From a virus: a stretch of 55,313 nucleotides of DNA. Shown piece after piece: positions 46,262 to 55,313 of the stretch. The notes below the pieces were generated by a model. That model was not told where the DNA came from, made no database searches, and saw only the letters and a program-made list of their open reading frames with translations. Position numbers and translations under genes: made by a program. Position 1 is the first letter of the stretch. Each line of letters begins with the position of its first letter. The stretch lies in UHGV virus genome UHGV-0212866. One strand, 5' to 3'.

Positions 46262-47251
46262 TCATTCTGTAAAAAATTCTTCGGGTTCAACATCAAGTAC
46301 GGGCTTTTTTCTGCCGCGCGTGGTCTTGATTTCGGTCTTTGCTTCTTCCGTGATGTCCGCGGCAGGCGTTTCGTCGAGGTATTCGCCGCCCGTGTTTCCG
46401 AAGAAGCTGTCACTCGCGTCGGTTTCGCCGTTGCTCACGAAAAGGTCATTTTCCTTGTCGATTGCCTTTGTATCCTCGTCGTAGGCTTTCTGCATGTCAA
46501 TGCTCATTATGCCCCACTTGGATATAAGCTGTCGAATCATGGTTTTCTTTGCCATACCGTCAAAATCCTTGTACCAGTATGAGGAATATTTCCAGAGCTG
46601 GTCGGCAGGCACTTTTCCCGCCTCGAAATCGGCAAATGACATTTTGCCGTTCTTTCCCTCCAGCGAAAAAGCCTTGCTGTATGTGTCGGCATGTGAGAGC
46701 ATTTTCGTCTTTGACCAGTATATGGTCTTTTCAAAGCCGTTCAGATAGCGGAAATATGCCATGTAGCCGACGACGGGGAGCTTTTCTCTTTCGTCGTCAT
46801 CCTCGATGAATTTGAATCTCGGTTTGCCTGTTGCGCTGTCCCTGCCGAGATATTCACCGCGGCGGATTTCCGTCACATCTATGTCGGCGTAATAGCCGCT
46901 CCTTATTGCAAGCTGGAGATATCCCCTGTAGCCGAGTATAAAAGTGCCGACCGTACGATTGTTTTTCTTGTCGTCAAAAGGCACTATATAAGCAAGCCCG
47001 AGAGACGGCGAAAGTGAAAGGTTCAGAGCCGTTGCGAGAAGCGCGGCACTCACCACCGTGGAGTAGTCGCAGTTTTGCAATGCCGTGTTCGCGCTTGCCG
47101 CCGCCACGATGCTCGAGACAAATTTTTGCATTTCCTTTTCGCTTCCGAGCGTGGAAACGAGACTTTTCTGTACTTTTTCTCCCGTAAGATAGGCGGATAG
47201 CGTTCTTGCGCCGCCGTTCTGATTCTGTACAAGCTGATTACTTATAGCCAT
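46262..47251 (-). CDS. recT: RecT-family ssDNA annealing recombinase
   Basis: LSPSLGLAYIVPF, GYRGYLQLAIRSG, W.KDFDGMAKKT. Confidence 0.92.
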   Translation of the reverse strand: MAISNQLVQNQNGGARTLSAYLTGEKVQKSLVSTLGSEKEMQKFVSSIVAAASANTALQNCDYSTVVSAALLATALNLSLSPSLGLAYIVPFDDKKNNRTVGTFILGYRGYLQLAIRSGYYADIDVTEIRRGEYLGRDSATGKPRFKFIEDDDEREKLPVVGYMAYFRYLNGFEKTIYWSKTKMLSHADTYSKAFSLEGKNGKMSFADFEAGKVPADQLWKYSSYWYKDFDGMAKKTMIRQLISKWGIMSIDMQKAYDEDTKAIDKENDLFVSNGETDASDSFFGNTGGEYLDETPAADITEEAKTEIKTTRGRKKPVLDVEPEEFFTE

Positions 47252-47253
47252 TT

Positions 47254-48150
47254 TTATTCTCCTTTCGGCACTCTGCCGTATTTTATTTTGTTTGCGTTAA
47301 GAAATTCCTTCAGCTTCGCGAGCTGCGTTTTCGTCGCATAAACGCGAAAATCCATCGTCATGCTTTCCTCTGCGTCATCGGGCGTGCCTTTCTCGCTTTC
47401 ATAAACGCTCTGCACGGGCTTTGAATTTTCAGAGGGTATTTGCTTATCCGAATTGCTTTCCGCTTGCTGTCGGCTCTCTGCCGCGGCAAGACGCGCATTG
47501 TATGCGATTATCTGTGCGATACTGTGATTTTCGCGGTAATATTCAAGCAGCGATACCTCGTATTTCGAGCCGAGCCCTTTTATAGCCGCTATATCCGTGC
47601 AGATTGCTTTGTATGCATCGTCCATCGCGGAGTAAACCGCTTCTTTGCGCTTGCCTTTGTTCAGCCAAGACCGGTCGAAAATCTGCTCGAATGTGCGGTA
47701 CGGGTTATCTGCGCTGATGCTTTCCCAGTAGTTTCTGTAGTCGGCTTCCTTTTCGGATTTGACTTTGCCCTCCGCCTCGAGAATCTGATTCCAGAGGTTC
47801 TCGCGTGCCGATTGCAGTATCGCGATAGGCTCTTTCAGCGACTTCTCGAATATTTCAAGCGGCGCGGTGTATTCTTTTTTCACCTCTTTGCGCTTGTCGT
47901 CTATGCTTTTTATTATCTTGTTTATCTCGGCGCAACGCTCCCTTGCTTTTTCAAAGTCCTCATCCGTGCGAAGAATGAGCGTTCTGTCGTTTTCCGTGCG
48001 TGCCGTAGCCCAGCTTTTGATTTTCTCTATGTTTGAGAGAATCTGCGGGAGCTTTTGCACAAAGTCCATCTGTACGGTAAATTCCACCGTCACAGGCATG
48101 TCCGGCTCTGCAAATGCAGTCAGAGCCTTGTCAAAATCAATCTCTGCCAT
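47254..48150 (-). CDS. DUF1351-like protein
   Basis: DDKRKEVKKEY..P..WLNK..LKEFLNANKIKY. Confidence 0.75.
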   Translation of the reverse strand: MAEIDFDKALTAFAEPDMPVTVEFTVQMDFVQKLPQILSNIEKIKSWATARTENDRTLILRTDEDFEKARERCAEINKIIKSIDDKRKEVKKEYTAPLEIFEKSLKEPIAILQSARENLWNQILEAEGKVKSEKEADYRNYWESISADNPYRTFEQIFDRSWLNKGKRKEAVYSAMDDAYKAICTDIAAIKGLGSKYEVSLLEYYRENHSIAQIIAYNARLAAAESRQQAESNSDKQIPSENSKPVQSVYESEKGTPDDAEESMTMDFRVYATKTQLAKLKEFLNANKIKYGRVPKGE

Positions 48151-48625
48151 TTTTTCGTCCTTTCGATAGTTCTTTTGTGAGTTCTTTTATTTTCGTTTCA
48201 TAGTCCAGCCCGAGCATCTGTCCGAATATCGCCATCAGTACGCTTGTGCATATAGCCTGCATGTTGCCGTAAATTTTTCGTGCCTGCTTTTCGGGAAGCT
48301 TCGCGATTTGCTTTTCGGTCATCGGTGTCGAATAGTCCGCCGATATACGCCCGACAAGCCATTCTTTTATTTGCTCCGCCGTCAGACCGGCAGAATAATC
48401 GGTTTCATCTTCGCAGAAATGCAGGTCTTTATATGCCGAAATGGATTTTACAGCCCATTCGCTTATTTTCCAGTGCTCAAACGGTACGCCGAGATATTTC
48501 AGAGCGAGAGCCTGCGAACCGTAGCCCGCGAATAATTCTATCAGCCGTATGGGCTTTTCTATGCGGAACGGCTTTTCCCCGCCGAAAATCGGCAGTTGCC
48601 GCGCCTCCTCATATATGCGGTTCAT
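48137..48625 (-). pseudogene. C5-cytosine methyltransferase with large in-frame internal deletion
   Basis: Motif I LIELFAGYGSQ is fused to a motif X remnant ICTSVLMAIF. No PCQ or ENV motif. Confidence 0.75.
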
Positions 48626-49434
48626 AGGGCATCTCCCGTGCTTTCCCGTCCTACGTCGAGCGTCATTTGCCGTGCAAGCGTTATTTTGCTTTTGTCGAGC
48701 ATCTTTTCCGTAGCCTCTTTATAGAATTTCGTGCTTACCTCAAAGCCATAGCTGTTCCGCCCGAGCTCATAGGCGGCACGCAACGTCGAGCCGCTCCCTG
48801 CGCATGGGTCTATCACGACATCGCCCTCATCCGTGAAAATTTCGATGAGCCTTTTGAGAACGGATATCGGCTTCTGCGTTGGGTGGATTTTCGGATATTC
48901 TTTTGCGCTGTCGCGTTTCCATTCAAACCAGTTGAATATCATTTTTCCTTCGTTGCGGAATTTCGGCAGCTTGTCTCTGTAGAGCACCAGCGCATATTCC
49001 GTTGCCCCTACAATTCTCATGTTGGCTTTCAGTACCTGCGCCGAATAGTTCTTGCAGAAGAAGAGCGGAAAGCTGTGTTCAAATCCGTATTTTCTGCCGT
49101 ATTCGGCAAGAACGGGTATTTGCTCAAAGGCGCAGAAAACTATCATCGCGCCGGCTTGTCCTTTTTCTTTCGGCTCTTTTTTGAGTAGCTTGTTGCAGAA
49201 GTGCATATACTCTGCTATTCTGAAATCGCCGTCTCCGTTGAAGAAGGCACTTTTTGCGAGCTTGCTTTCTCCGTTCTTGTTGTCCCCCCCTTGATACCAC
49301 ATCGGATTGCTTCCGTATGCGTTTTCACCGATGTTGTAAGGAATGTCCGCTATTACCAGTTGTGCCCGCGGTATGTTATATCTCTTGAAATTCTGGAAGT
49401 TGTCGTGAAACAGCTCCATTGCTATTTTGCCCAT
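48622..49434 (-). CDS. N4/N6 DNA methyltransferase
   Basis: ADIPYN, HPTQKP, DPCAGSGST motifs. Confidence 0.92.
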   Translation of the reverse strand: MGKIAMELFHDNFQNFKRYNIPRAQLVIADIPYNIGENAYGSNPMWYQGGDNKNGESKLAKSAFFNGDGDFRIAEYMHFCNKLLKKEPKEKGQAGAMIVFCAFEQIPVLAEYGRKYGFEHSFPLFFCKNYSAQVLKANMRIVGATEYALVLYRDKLPKFRNEGKMIFNWFEWKRDSAKEYPKIHPTQKPISVLKRLIEIFTDEGDVVIDPCAGSGSTLRAAYELGRNSYGFEVSTKFYKEATEKMLDKSKITLARQMTLDVGRESTGDAL

Positions 49435-49452
49435 CTTTTCCTCCTAAACCTC

Positions 49453-49737
49453 TCAATCCGCATACGGCTCTACCGTTGTATAGAGCCATTCGTTTTCGCC
49501 TATCTGCGTCAGCGTGTAGTAGCCGCGGAAATAATATCTCATGTCCGCCTCATCGCCGCCATCGCGCAGCTTCTTTTCCCAAGTATCTTTTTCGGGGCGG
49601 CATGTAATTTCGCCGCGCTTTATATAGGCGAGTATGTCGTTTCGGCTTTCACCCTCGGTCGTTCTGACTTTAAATTCGCGGTAGTAGTCGCCATATCGCG
49701 ATTTCTGTCCGTTGTATCTGCACTTTATTTCAATCAT
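49453..49737 (-). CDS. Hypothetical protein
   Basis: RBS GGAGG. Co-oriented. Confidence 0.65.
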   Translation of the reverse strand: MIEIKCRYNGQKSRYGDYYREFKVRTTEGESRNDILAYIKRGEITCRPEKDTWEKKLRDGGDEADMRYYFRGYYTLTQIGENEWLYTTVEPYAD

Positions 49738-49740
49738 TGT

Positions 49741-49929
49741 TTATTCCTCCCAGTATTCTACGAAATAAGCATATCCGACCCTGTCAGATACTTTCCGGCG
49801 TGAAATTCTGCACGCATATCCCGCTTTTATCAGCAGATGCACAAGCGAGAGCCGCTCTTCGGCATTCAACCCCGTGCCTACGCCTACAGTGCCTATTTCG
49901 CGTTTTATTTTCATTTTCGTGTTCTCCAT
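49741..49929 (-). CDS. Hypothetical protein
   Basis: LIKAGYACRI motif. Co-oriented. Confidence 0.6.
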   Translation of the reverse strand: MENTKMKIKREIGTVGVGTGLNAEERLSLVHLLIKAGYACRISRRKVSDRVGYAYFVEYWEE

Positions 49930-49933
49930 GCTT

Positions 49934-50377
49934 TTATCCCTTTCCCGTTATTCTGCGGCAGTATTCGGCTATCAGCAGAGCCTCCGCCATTCCGTCATGC
50001 TCTTTTGAGCATCGCTCCGTCCGCAGAAGCGAAATCTCGGGGAAAAGCCTTTTGCATACGGCTATCGAGTGCGCCTTGTCGCCGTCGAGCGAATATGCCT
50101 TTTTCCATTTCTGCGGCGGTATCAGCTGATACGGCGTTTCGGTGTATTCGAGCATTCCGAGAATGTACCCGAAAGATTTGCCGAAGTTGAACATCGATGT
50201 CACGCCCTGTTTCGGCATCGCACTCACTTTTTCGACAAAACACATCGTACCCTCTCCGCCCGAGGTGCGAAGCACATTTTTCAGCACCGCGTCATCGTAA
50301 GCCCATGCCATGGCTTTGCCGTCGATTATCGCCGCTATTCCGCCCGATTTGCCTGGGTCTATGCCTATGTAAATCAT
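49934..50377 (-). CDS. RuvC-like Holliday junction resolvase
   Basis: IGIDPGKSG, FVEKV, PQKWKK, HDGMAEALLIA. Confidence 0.9.
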   Translation of the reverse strand: MIYIGIDPGKSGGIAAIIDGKAMAWAYDDAVLKNVLRTSGGEGTMCFVEKVSAMPKQGVTSMFNFGKSFGYILGMLEYTETPYQLIPPQKWKKAYSLDGDKAHSIAVCKRLFPEISLLRTERCSKEHDGMAEALLIAEYCRRITGKG

Positions 50378-50386
50378 TTTTGCCTC

Positions 50387-51037
50387 CTACAAAGTTAAAA
50401 GTGTTTTCGGCGGCTTGTCCGCCATTATGCATTCCGTGTAAAATTTTTCGCATTCGCAGGCGAGATATTCCATGTCCGCCTTTACCTCGGCAGCCTGAAC
50501 GGGGAAATGCTTTATCTCGGATGCTCCGTCGGGATATATGAGCTGCGCCGTAAGTACAGCGAAATCGTATTCCGTCACCGTGAGCTGTGCGAGCAGCTGA
50601 ATGTAATATTTCTGCGGCAGCTTGCCGTTCCATTCGTCCGCATCGCTCTTTCGCATAATCCATGCCGTTTTGCATTCCCATATGCCGCGTCTGCCGTCGA
50701 TAGCTTCTATTTCGCCGTCGAGCGTGCAGCTCATGTGCGGGTGCCGGTCGTTTATGTAAACGCGAAAAGGATGATAAGCCATTTTGTATTTTGCGGCAAA
50801 TTGCAGGGCAAATAGACCGCGTAAATGTTCCTCTGCCGCCGTGCCGTATGCTATGCGGTGGTTTTCCGAACCGCTCTTGTGTATGGCTCGCGGCTTTCCT
50901 GTCTTTTCCCTGTACAGGTCGTCAGGGCTCATAAAGCCCATGCCGAGGATGCAGGCGGCTTCGCTTGCGCCTATCGTGGCAGTTCTGCCTTTGAGCCATT
51001 CGGCTCGGTTGGCGTAGTCGGTGTATGTCAGGCTCAA
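50387..51037 (-). CDS. YqaJ-family (lambda-exonuclease-like) nuclease
   Basis: WLKGR..IGASEA, TLDG, WECKT, P..YYIQ. Confidence 0.92.
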   Translation of the reverse strand: MSLTYTDYANRAEWLKGRTATIGASEAACILGMGFMSPDDLYREKTGKPRAIHKSGSENHRIAYGTAAEEHLRGLFALQFAAKYKMAYHPFRVYINDRHPHMSCTLDGEIEAIDGRRGIWECKTAWIMRKSDADEWNGKLPQKYYIQLLAQLTVTEYDFAVLTAQLIYPDGASEIKHFPVQAAEVKADMEYLACECEKFYTECIMADKPPKTLLTL

Positions 51038-51390
51038 TTCGTATCAACTCCCGTCCATGCGCTGTTTTCGTCCGCCATCATCTCGCCGACTATCTTTTCA
51101 GTGTCAATCCCGATATCGAGCAGAGCCTTTTTCATGGCGTAGAAATCCGCATCCTCATATCGCTCGCTCATTTGTGCCTGTATGCTCTGGCAGGCGGAGA
51201 GAAACCTCGTCAGCCTGTCTTTTCCGAAGCCGAAAGCCGTATGGAGAGTATAGAGCGCAATGGTATTCGATACGAGATTGAACCTTTCCGTCCATTTTCG
51301 GCATACTCTGTCGTATTCCTCGCGGGCTATCCTGCGCGTTTCGCTCTCGCGCATTTTCTGCTTTATGAGCGGATTTTTGAATTTTCCCAT
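51034..51390 (-). CDS. Hypothetical protein
   Basis: LHTAFGFGKDRL motif. Confidence 0.7.
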   Translation of the reverse strand: MGKFKNPLIKQKMRESETRRIAREEYDRVCRKWTERFNLVSNTIALYTLHTAFGFGKDRLTRFLSACQSIQAQMSERYEDADFYAMKKALLDIGIDTEKIVGEMMADENSAWTGVDTN

Positions 51391-51556
51391 TTTTGTATCC
51401 TTTCCGTCACATCGTGGAAATTTATGGTTATCGTCTGCTTGCTTTCGGGATATTCCGTATGCACGGTCACCTCTGTGGGATAAACCCTGTCGGAGAAGAG
51501 ATGCATGCGAAGCCCGCGCTCAAATTCCTCGGTGATTGCTTTTATCACAGTTTCGC

Positions 51557-51757
51557 TTATCCGCTCAGTCTGCATCCTTTGCCCTCTCCCTTCCCCGATT
51601 TCGGCGGTATGTAAACGCCCTTTTCCACGAGAATTGCGATTATGTCCTTGCGCCTGCAGAGATTGAGGTCTGCGAGAATGCCTATCTGGCGGTATTTGTA
51701 TTTCGCCGTTTTGTAGTTGGCGGCTATATCTTCTTTGCTCATGTAAGGTGCTCTCAT
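51557..51757 (-). CDS. Small DNA-binding-like protein
   Basis: QIGILADLNLC..I..IL motif. Confidence 0.6.
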   Translation of the reverse strand: MRAPYMSKEDIAANYKTAKYKYRQIGILADLNLCRRKDIIAILVEKGVYIPPKSGKGEGKGCRLSG

Positions 51758-52003
51758 TTTTCGCCCGCCTTTCTGCATATCATGCGCATTACCCATTCGA
51801 GAGTTATTGCCTTTTTGTGATGCACAAGCGCCGTCACTCCGTCATCATTCGGTGTTTTAAACCCGAGCGTAAGCTCTTTTTCGTATTCGCGCTGTATCTC
51901 GTCTATCAGCTCATCCGCGAATCGGATTATCGCTTCGGTTTGAATGCGCTCCTCGGTTTTCGGTATCGTCGTCGTTTTCTTCGGCACTCCGCGTAATATT
52001 TTT

Positions 52004-52246
52004 TTATTCATCGTTTCTCCCTCCCGTGTATTTGTCGAGGCATCCGCAATTAGGGAAATAATCCCCGCGCAGCTGCTTTGCGGTGCGGAAGCAGAAGTTT
52101 CCGCATTTGCATTTGCAGAAATACGCGCGTTCATCAAGCCGCCAGCCGAATTGCTGTATCACGGTCAGCATGCCGAATTTCTGTCCCGCTTTCGGTTGCC
52201 TTATGTATTCGATTGCTTTTTTTAAAATATTCATGAGTTCGCCCAC
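52004..52246 (-). CDS. Cys-rich protein (HNH-associated-like module)
   Basis: GQKFGMLTV..CKCKCGN..CGC. Confidence 0.6.
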   Translation of the reverse strand: MGELMNILKKAIEYIRQPKAGQKFGMLTVIQQFGWRLDERAYFCKCKCGNFCFRTAKQLRGDYFPNCGCLDKYTGGRNDE

Positions 52247-52333
52247 CTGTCTATGTAGCTTTGATATTCCGCGTAAATTATCGCGTCTTTCGCATCGGCT
52301 CTCTCAAAATAGCCTCTTGCCGTTTTCACTCCG

Positions 52334-53320
52334 TCATGGAGCATGTGAATTATTTTGCGTATCAGCTTTTTCATAACTTCCCGCTCCTTTCCTCTGCGCC
52401 AGCTCGAAAAATTCATCGAGGTCAAAGCCGCATTCTTTTTCTTTTGGCTGTCCCCTCGGCAGTGCGCCGAGAGGTGCGCGTTCGTGCTTGTCCCATTTTC
52501 CGGCGAAATATTTCCAGTCCGCAAAGGTCGGATTCTTTACGGCGTTGTAGTCGTAAAATCGCTTTGCCGCATTTTCGTCGCCGATGCCGTGCTTCGCAAA
52601 AAAATCGGCGATTTCTTTTTTGAGCGCGTTTTCTGCCTCTCCCTTTTCGCGTGCGGGTGCACGCACGGTCGAACGCAGTGAGACTTTGTGGACTGAATTA
52701 TTTTCGATATGCTCTGTCTGTAAGCTAAACTTGGGTTCGCACTCGGCATTATAATAAACCTTGTTGGGTGCCTTAAATTTTTTTGGCTTTTTATTTTTTT
52801 CTATAAGGGGGTGCGGGGGAAAAGTCTTTTTTTCTTTTTCGCTTTTTTGCGGCTTAGTATCACCGATAGTATCACTGATAGTATCACTTTCTTTTTTAGA
52901 AAATCCGAAAACCGTTGTCGCGTCTGCGTTTTCGGGATGTTCGCTTAGTATCATCGATGGTGTCACTGATAGTATCACTTTTTCGGAAACAACCGAAAAT
53001 TGGTATTTTTCCCACTCTGTGATTTTTATCATTGTCTGCCGCTTGGCAGAACACATTGTGATTTGATTTTCTTCTTCAAATCTTTTCAGAATGCGCCATA
53101 TTTTGCTTTTGTCCATTTGAAATTTCAAAGCAAGCGTCGGCGCGGTTATAATCAGCTCACCCGCTTTGAGAACCCGCCTTTCTCCGCCGAATAAGACTTC
53201 CGTTTCTTCGTGCTCGGCAGAGAGAAGCAGATAGACCCATATAGCCATGTGTGCGGCATCCCTGCACACCGTGTTGTTGTCCAGCATTTTCCGGTGCAGA
53301 CAAATCCATCCCTCCGCCAT
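52334..53320 (-). CDS. Phage replication initiator
   Basis: GWICLHRK...LKAGELI N-domain, internal iterons, C-terminal FYDYN..W..W domain. Confidence 0.85.
   Translation of the reverse strand: MAEGWICLHRKMLDNNTVCRDAAHMAIWVYLLLSAEHEETEVLFGGERRVLKAGELIITAPTLALKFQMDKSKIWRILKRFEEENQITMCSAKRQTMIKITEWEKYQFSVVSEKVILSVTPSMILSEHPENADATTVFGFSKKESDTISDTIGDTKPQKSEKEKKTFPPHPLIEKNKKPKKFKAPNKVYYNAECEPKFSLQTEHIENNSVHKVSLRSTVRAPAREKGEAENALKKEIADFFAKHGIGDENAAKRFYDYNAVKNPTFADWKYFAGKWDKHERAPLGALPRGQPKEKECGFDLDEFFELAQRKGAGSYEKADTQNNSHAP
52855..52979. repeat. Iteron-like 12-bp repeats (GATAGTATCACT), putative origin
   Basis: Two triplets at 52855-52888 and 52946-52979, next to an A/T tract. Confidence 0.7.
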
Positions 53321-53337
53321 TTTTTACCGCCTTTCGC

Positions 53338-53799
53338 TTAAAAGGGGAAATCATCATCCGAGCCGTCTGCTTCCGTGAAGTTCGGCGTGCTGCTCTTGGA
53401 GTATCGCGGCACCGTGCCGAAATCGGGATTTGGCGTAGGCTCTATGTTGTCGGACGGGACAGGTGCTCCCTTCGGCGTTATGAAATTCGCTTCCTGCACC
53501 AAAAATTCCGTGGTGTATCTGCGTGTTCCGTTGCTGTCAGTGTATGATGCGCTCTGCGCCTCGGCTACAAGCGAAATGAAATCGCCTTTCCGGAAAAATC
53601 TTGCTATAAATTCAGCGGTTTTTCTCCATGCGATTATGCGTAAGAAATCGCTGGGCGGATATTCCCCTTTTTCCTTCGGCGGAACGCGCCTTGAAACCGC
53701 AATCGAAAATTTTATTACATAGATACCCTCGTTTGTTTGTTTCAGCTCGAGGTCGTCCACTATGCGCCCTATGAAAATACATTTGTTAAGTGACGGCAT
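53338..53799 (-). CDS. ssb: Single-stranded DNA-binding protein
   Basis: LNKCIFIGR..AWRKTAEF..KGD. C-terminal DDDFPF. Confidence 0.95.
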   Translation of the reverse strand: MPSLNKCIFIGRIVDDLELKQTNEGIYVIKFSIAVSRRVPPKEKGEYPPSDFLRIIAWRKTAEFIARFFRKGDFISLVAEAQSASYTDSNGTRRYTTEFLVQEANFITPKGAPVPSDNIEPTPNPDFGTVPRYSKSSTPNFTEADGSDDDFPF

Positions 53800-54034
53800 T
53801 TATTGCCTCCTGCTCCGGTATGTAATATCTTGTGTAGTAAACCTGCTTTCCGTATCTGTTCTGCGCACATTCGCGAGACCGTTCTACCGTGTAGCCCATA
53901 AGCTCTATTTCGCGTATTCTCGCCGAAAGTCGGAAGCATCCGTATCTGTCGTAGGCTTCTGCCTGCGTGAGCGTTTTCCCTTGGAGAAAATGCTCGAGTA
54001 TCATTGCTTTCTGCGCGTGTGTCTGTTCGCTCAT
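53786..54034 (-). CDS. Winged HTH protein (HTH_39-like)
   Basis: LTQAEA...GCFRLSARIREI..GY. Confidence 0.8.
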   Translation of the reverse strand: MSEQTHAQKAMILEHFLQGKTLTQAEAYDRYGCFRLSARIREIELMGYTVERSRECAQNRYGKQVYYTRYYIPEQEAINAVT

Positions 54035-54036
54035 TT

Positions 54037-54582
54037 TTATTCCTCCTTGAAGAAATTTTCAAATACAGCCGCACCGTATTGCCCTTTTGTAATCTCGATT
54101 ATCTCGGCAATGGTATATTTGTCTTTCGTTTTGCCGAGGCTGTCAACAAAGCCGTCCGTGCCCGCGCGGCAAGCTCCGGTTATAACGCGATACATCGTTA
54201 TAGCGTCATCTTTTGTTACTGTGTCTGACGGTTTTAATTTTCTGTATTGCTCTGCGCCTCGCTCTTTGGCATTCTTAAATTCGATGTCCTTCACGCCATC
54301 GGAAAATGACTTGCAGTGTGCATAATGCGTCCCGTCAAAGATAACGTTTTTGTCTCTTATTTTGCCGATATAGTAATAGTATTTGCCTATTTTCTTCACG
54401 CGCTTGATGTGCGTGAGTATATTGTCTGCATAAAGATACCGTCCCGCCTTATAGTCACCGTTTTTGAGCTTTCGCGGCTTATATTTATCGGGTAGCTGTG
54501 TCAATCCCGTGCATCCGTTGAGGTAAAGACTACCGCCGCTACGCTCCATCATTTTCTTAAGTTCCGCTTTTGTGTATTTCAT
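54037..54582 (-). CDS. Hypothetical phage protein
   Basis: YAHC..YRVITGACRAG motif. LRR-like fragment at N-terminus. Confidence 0.7.
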   Translation of the reverse strand: MKYTKAELKKMMERSGGSLYLNGCTGLTQLPDKYKPRKLKNGDYKAGRYLYADNILTHIKRVKKIGKYYYYIGKIRDKNVIFDGTHYAHCKSFSDGVKDIEFKNAKERGAEQYRKLKPSDTVTKDDAITMYRVITGACRAGTDGFVDSLGKTKDKYTIAEIIEITKGQYGAAVFENFFKEE

Positions 54583-54587
54583 GTTTT

Positions 54588-54968
54588 TCAGCCTTCCCCT
54601 CTGTATACCTTCATTCTTTCGCCGTTGATTACGACCACATTGTAGAGCGGCTTGCGCTCGACAGCGGGCGACTCTTCTTCTTTCGGTGCCTGTATTTCTT
54701 CCTCATTCTCCGCTTTAGGCAGCGGTTCCATTTTGGCGATTATCACCTCGCCCACGGCACCGTAATATCGGGAAGTGTCAAGCTGCATGGCTTCTATGTA
54801 GTCCTGTACATGTATGCGCCCCTGTTTGTGAAAGCGGTCTGCGCTTTTGCGCTTTATTTCCTGTATGAGCTGTGAGGCATCCGAGCGGCAACAGCCGCAT
54901 AGCTTCATCAAATCCTCTGCCACGAGGAAATCTTTTGCGAACATTTCTTCGCGTTCCTGTCTTGTCAT
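54588..54968 (-). CDS. Excisionase-like wHTH protein
   Basis: FLVAEDLMKLCGCCRSDASQLIQEIK..GRI. Directly after cro. Confidence 0.55.
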   Translation of the reverse strand: MTRQEREEMFAKDFLVAEDLMKLCGCCRSDASQLIQEIKRKSADRFHKQGRIHVQDYIEAMQLDTSRYYGAVGEVIIAKMEPLPKAENEEEIQAPKEEESPAVERKPLYNVVVINGERMKVYRGEG

Positions 54969-54990
54969 TCCATTATTCCTCCTTGCTTTG

Positions 54991-55185
54991 TTAAATATCC
55001 TTCACCAGTTCATCGATTGTAACATCGAGAACTCTCGAAATTGTTGTTATCGTAGCGAGTGAAGGTGTTTTCATTCCGGTTTCGTAGTAGTAGATGGCGG
55101 CTTTCGTAACGCCGACCTCTCCTGCAAGCTCCGCCTGCGTCAGTCCTTTTCTTATTCTCGCTCTTTTAATGTTGGCTCCGAGCAT
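54991..55185 (-). CDS. Cro-like XRE HTH protein
   Basis: MLGANIKRARIRKGLTQAELAGEVGVTKAAIYYYETG. RBS AAAGGAGG. Heads the lytic arm. Confidence 0.9.
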   Translation of the reverse strand: MLGANIKRARIRKGLTQAELAGEVGVTKAAIYYYETGMKTPSLATITTISRVLDVTIDELVKDI

Positions 55186-55264
55186 TTTTTTGCCTCCTTT
55201 CCGTTGCAAAGCAACTTTTTTTATTATTTTTTCATGAAAAATTCCAAAAATTTGTAAAAATGTA

Positions 55265-55293
55265 TTGACAAAAGTGAATTTGCACTATAAAAT
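55265..55293 (+). promoter_or_regulatory. Rightward promoter pointing off the window end
   Basis: TTGACA 55265-55270, 17 bp, TAAAAT 55288-55293. AGTG-N6-CACT palindrome in the spacer. Confidence 0.8.
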
Positions 55294-55299
55294 AAAGGT

Positions 55300-55313
55300 A
55301 TAACCTCGGTTAT
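55300..55313. repeat. Palindromic version of the cassette site (ATAACC-TC-GGTTAT)
   Basis: ACC-x-CGGTTAT is shared with the cassette boundary repeats. The window terminates on it. Confidence 0.7.

Overview
This window looks like a near-complete ~55 kb temperate, probably siphovirus-type phage of a Clostridia-like (Firmicutes) host. It appears to be in excised form: an intact attP with a tRNA-Gly-like 3'-end core lies next to the integrase and has phage DNA on both sides. Layout: (1) 1-5757 immunity region, with four tandem 'promoter/operator + XRE repressor' cassettes plus membrane cargo genes. Each cassette begins at a conserved (CTG)ACCACGGTTATATT site and has its own operator sequence. (2) Integrase and attP, 5763-7203. 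(3) A non-coding AT-rich, strand-biased block. (4) A rightward early/anti-defence-like region, 8640-14328, with a second tyrosine recombinase and an acr-aca-like operon. (5) One long leftward arm from cro (55185) through replication/recombination, methylases and YopX/Zn-ribbon genes to head, tail and holin genes. No endolysin was recognisable. The window ends exactly on a palindromic version of the cassette site (ATAACC-TC-GGTTAT) upstream of cro. The top hypothesis, which is inference and untested, is an integron/shufflon-like immunity-switching system in which interchangeable repressor-operator cassettes dock at one expression site. Product calls come from motif recognition only; no database searches were run.
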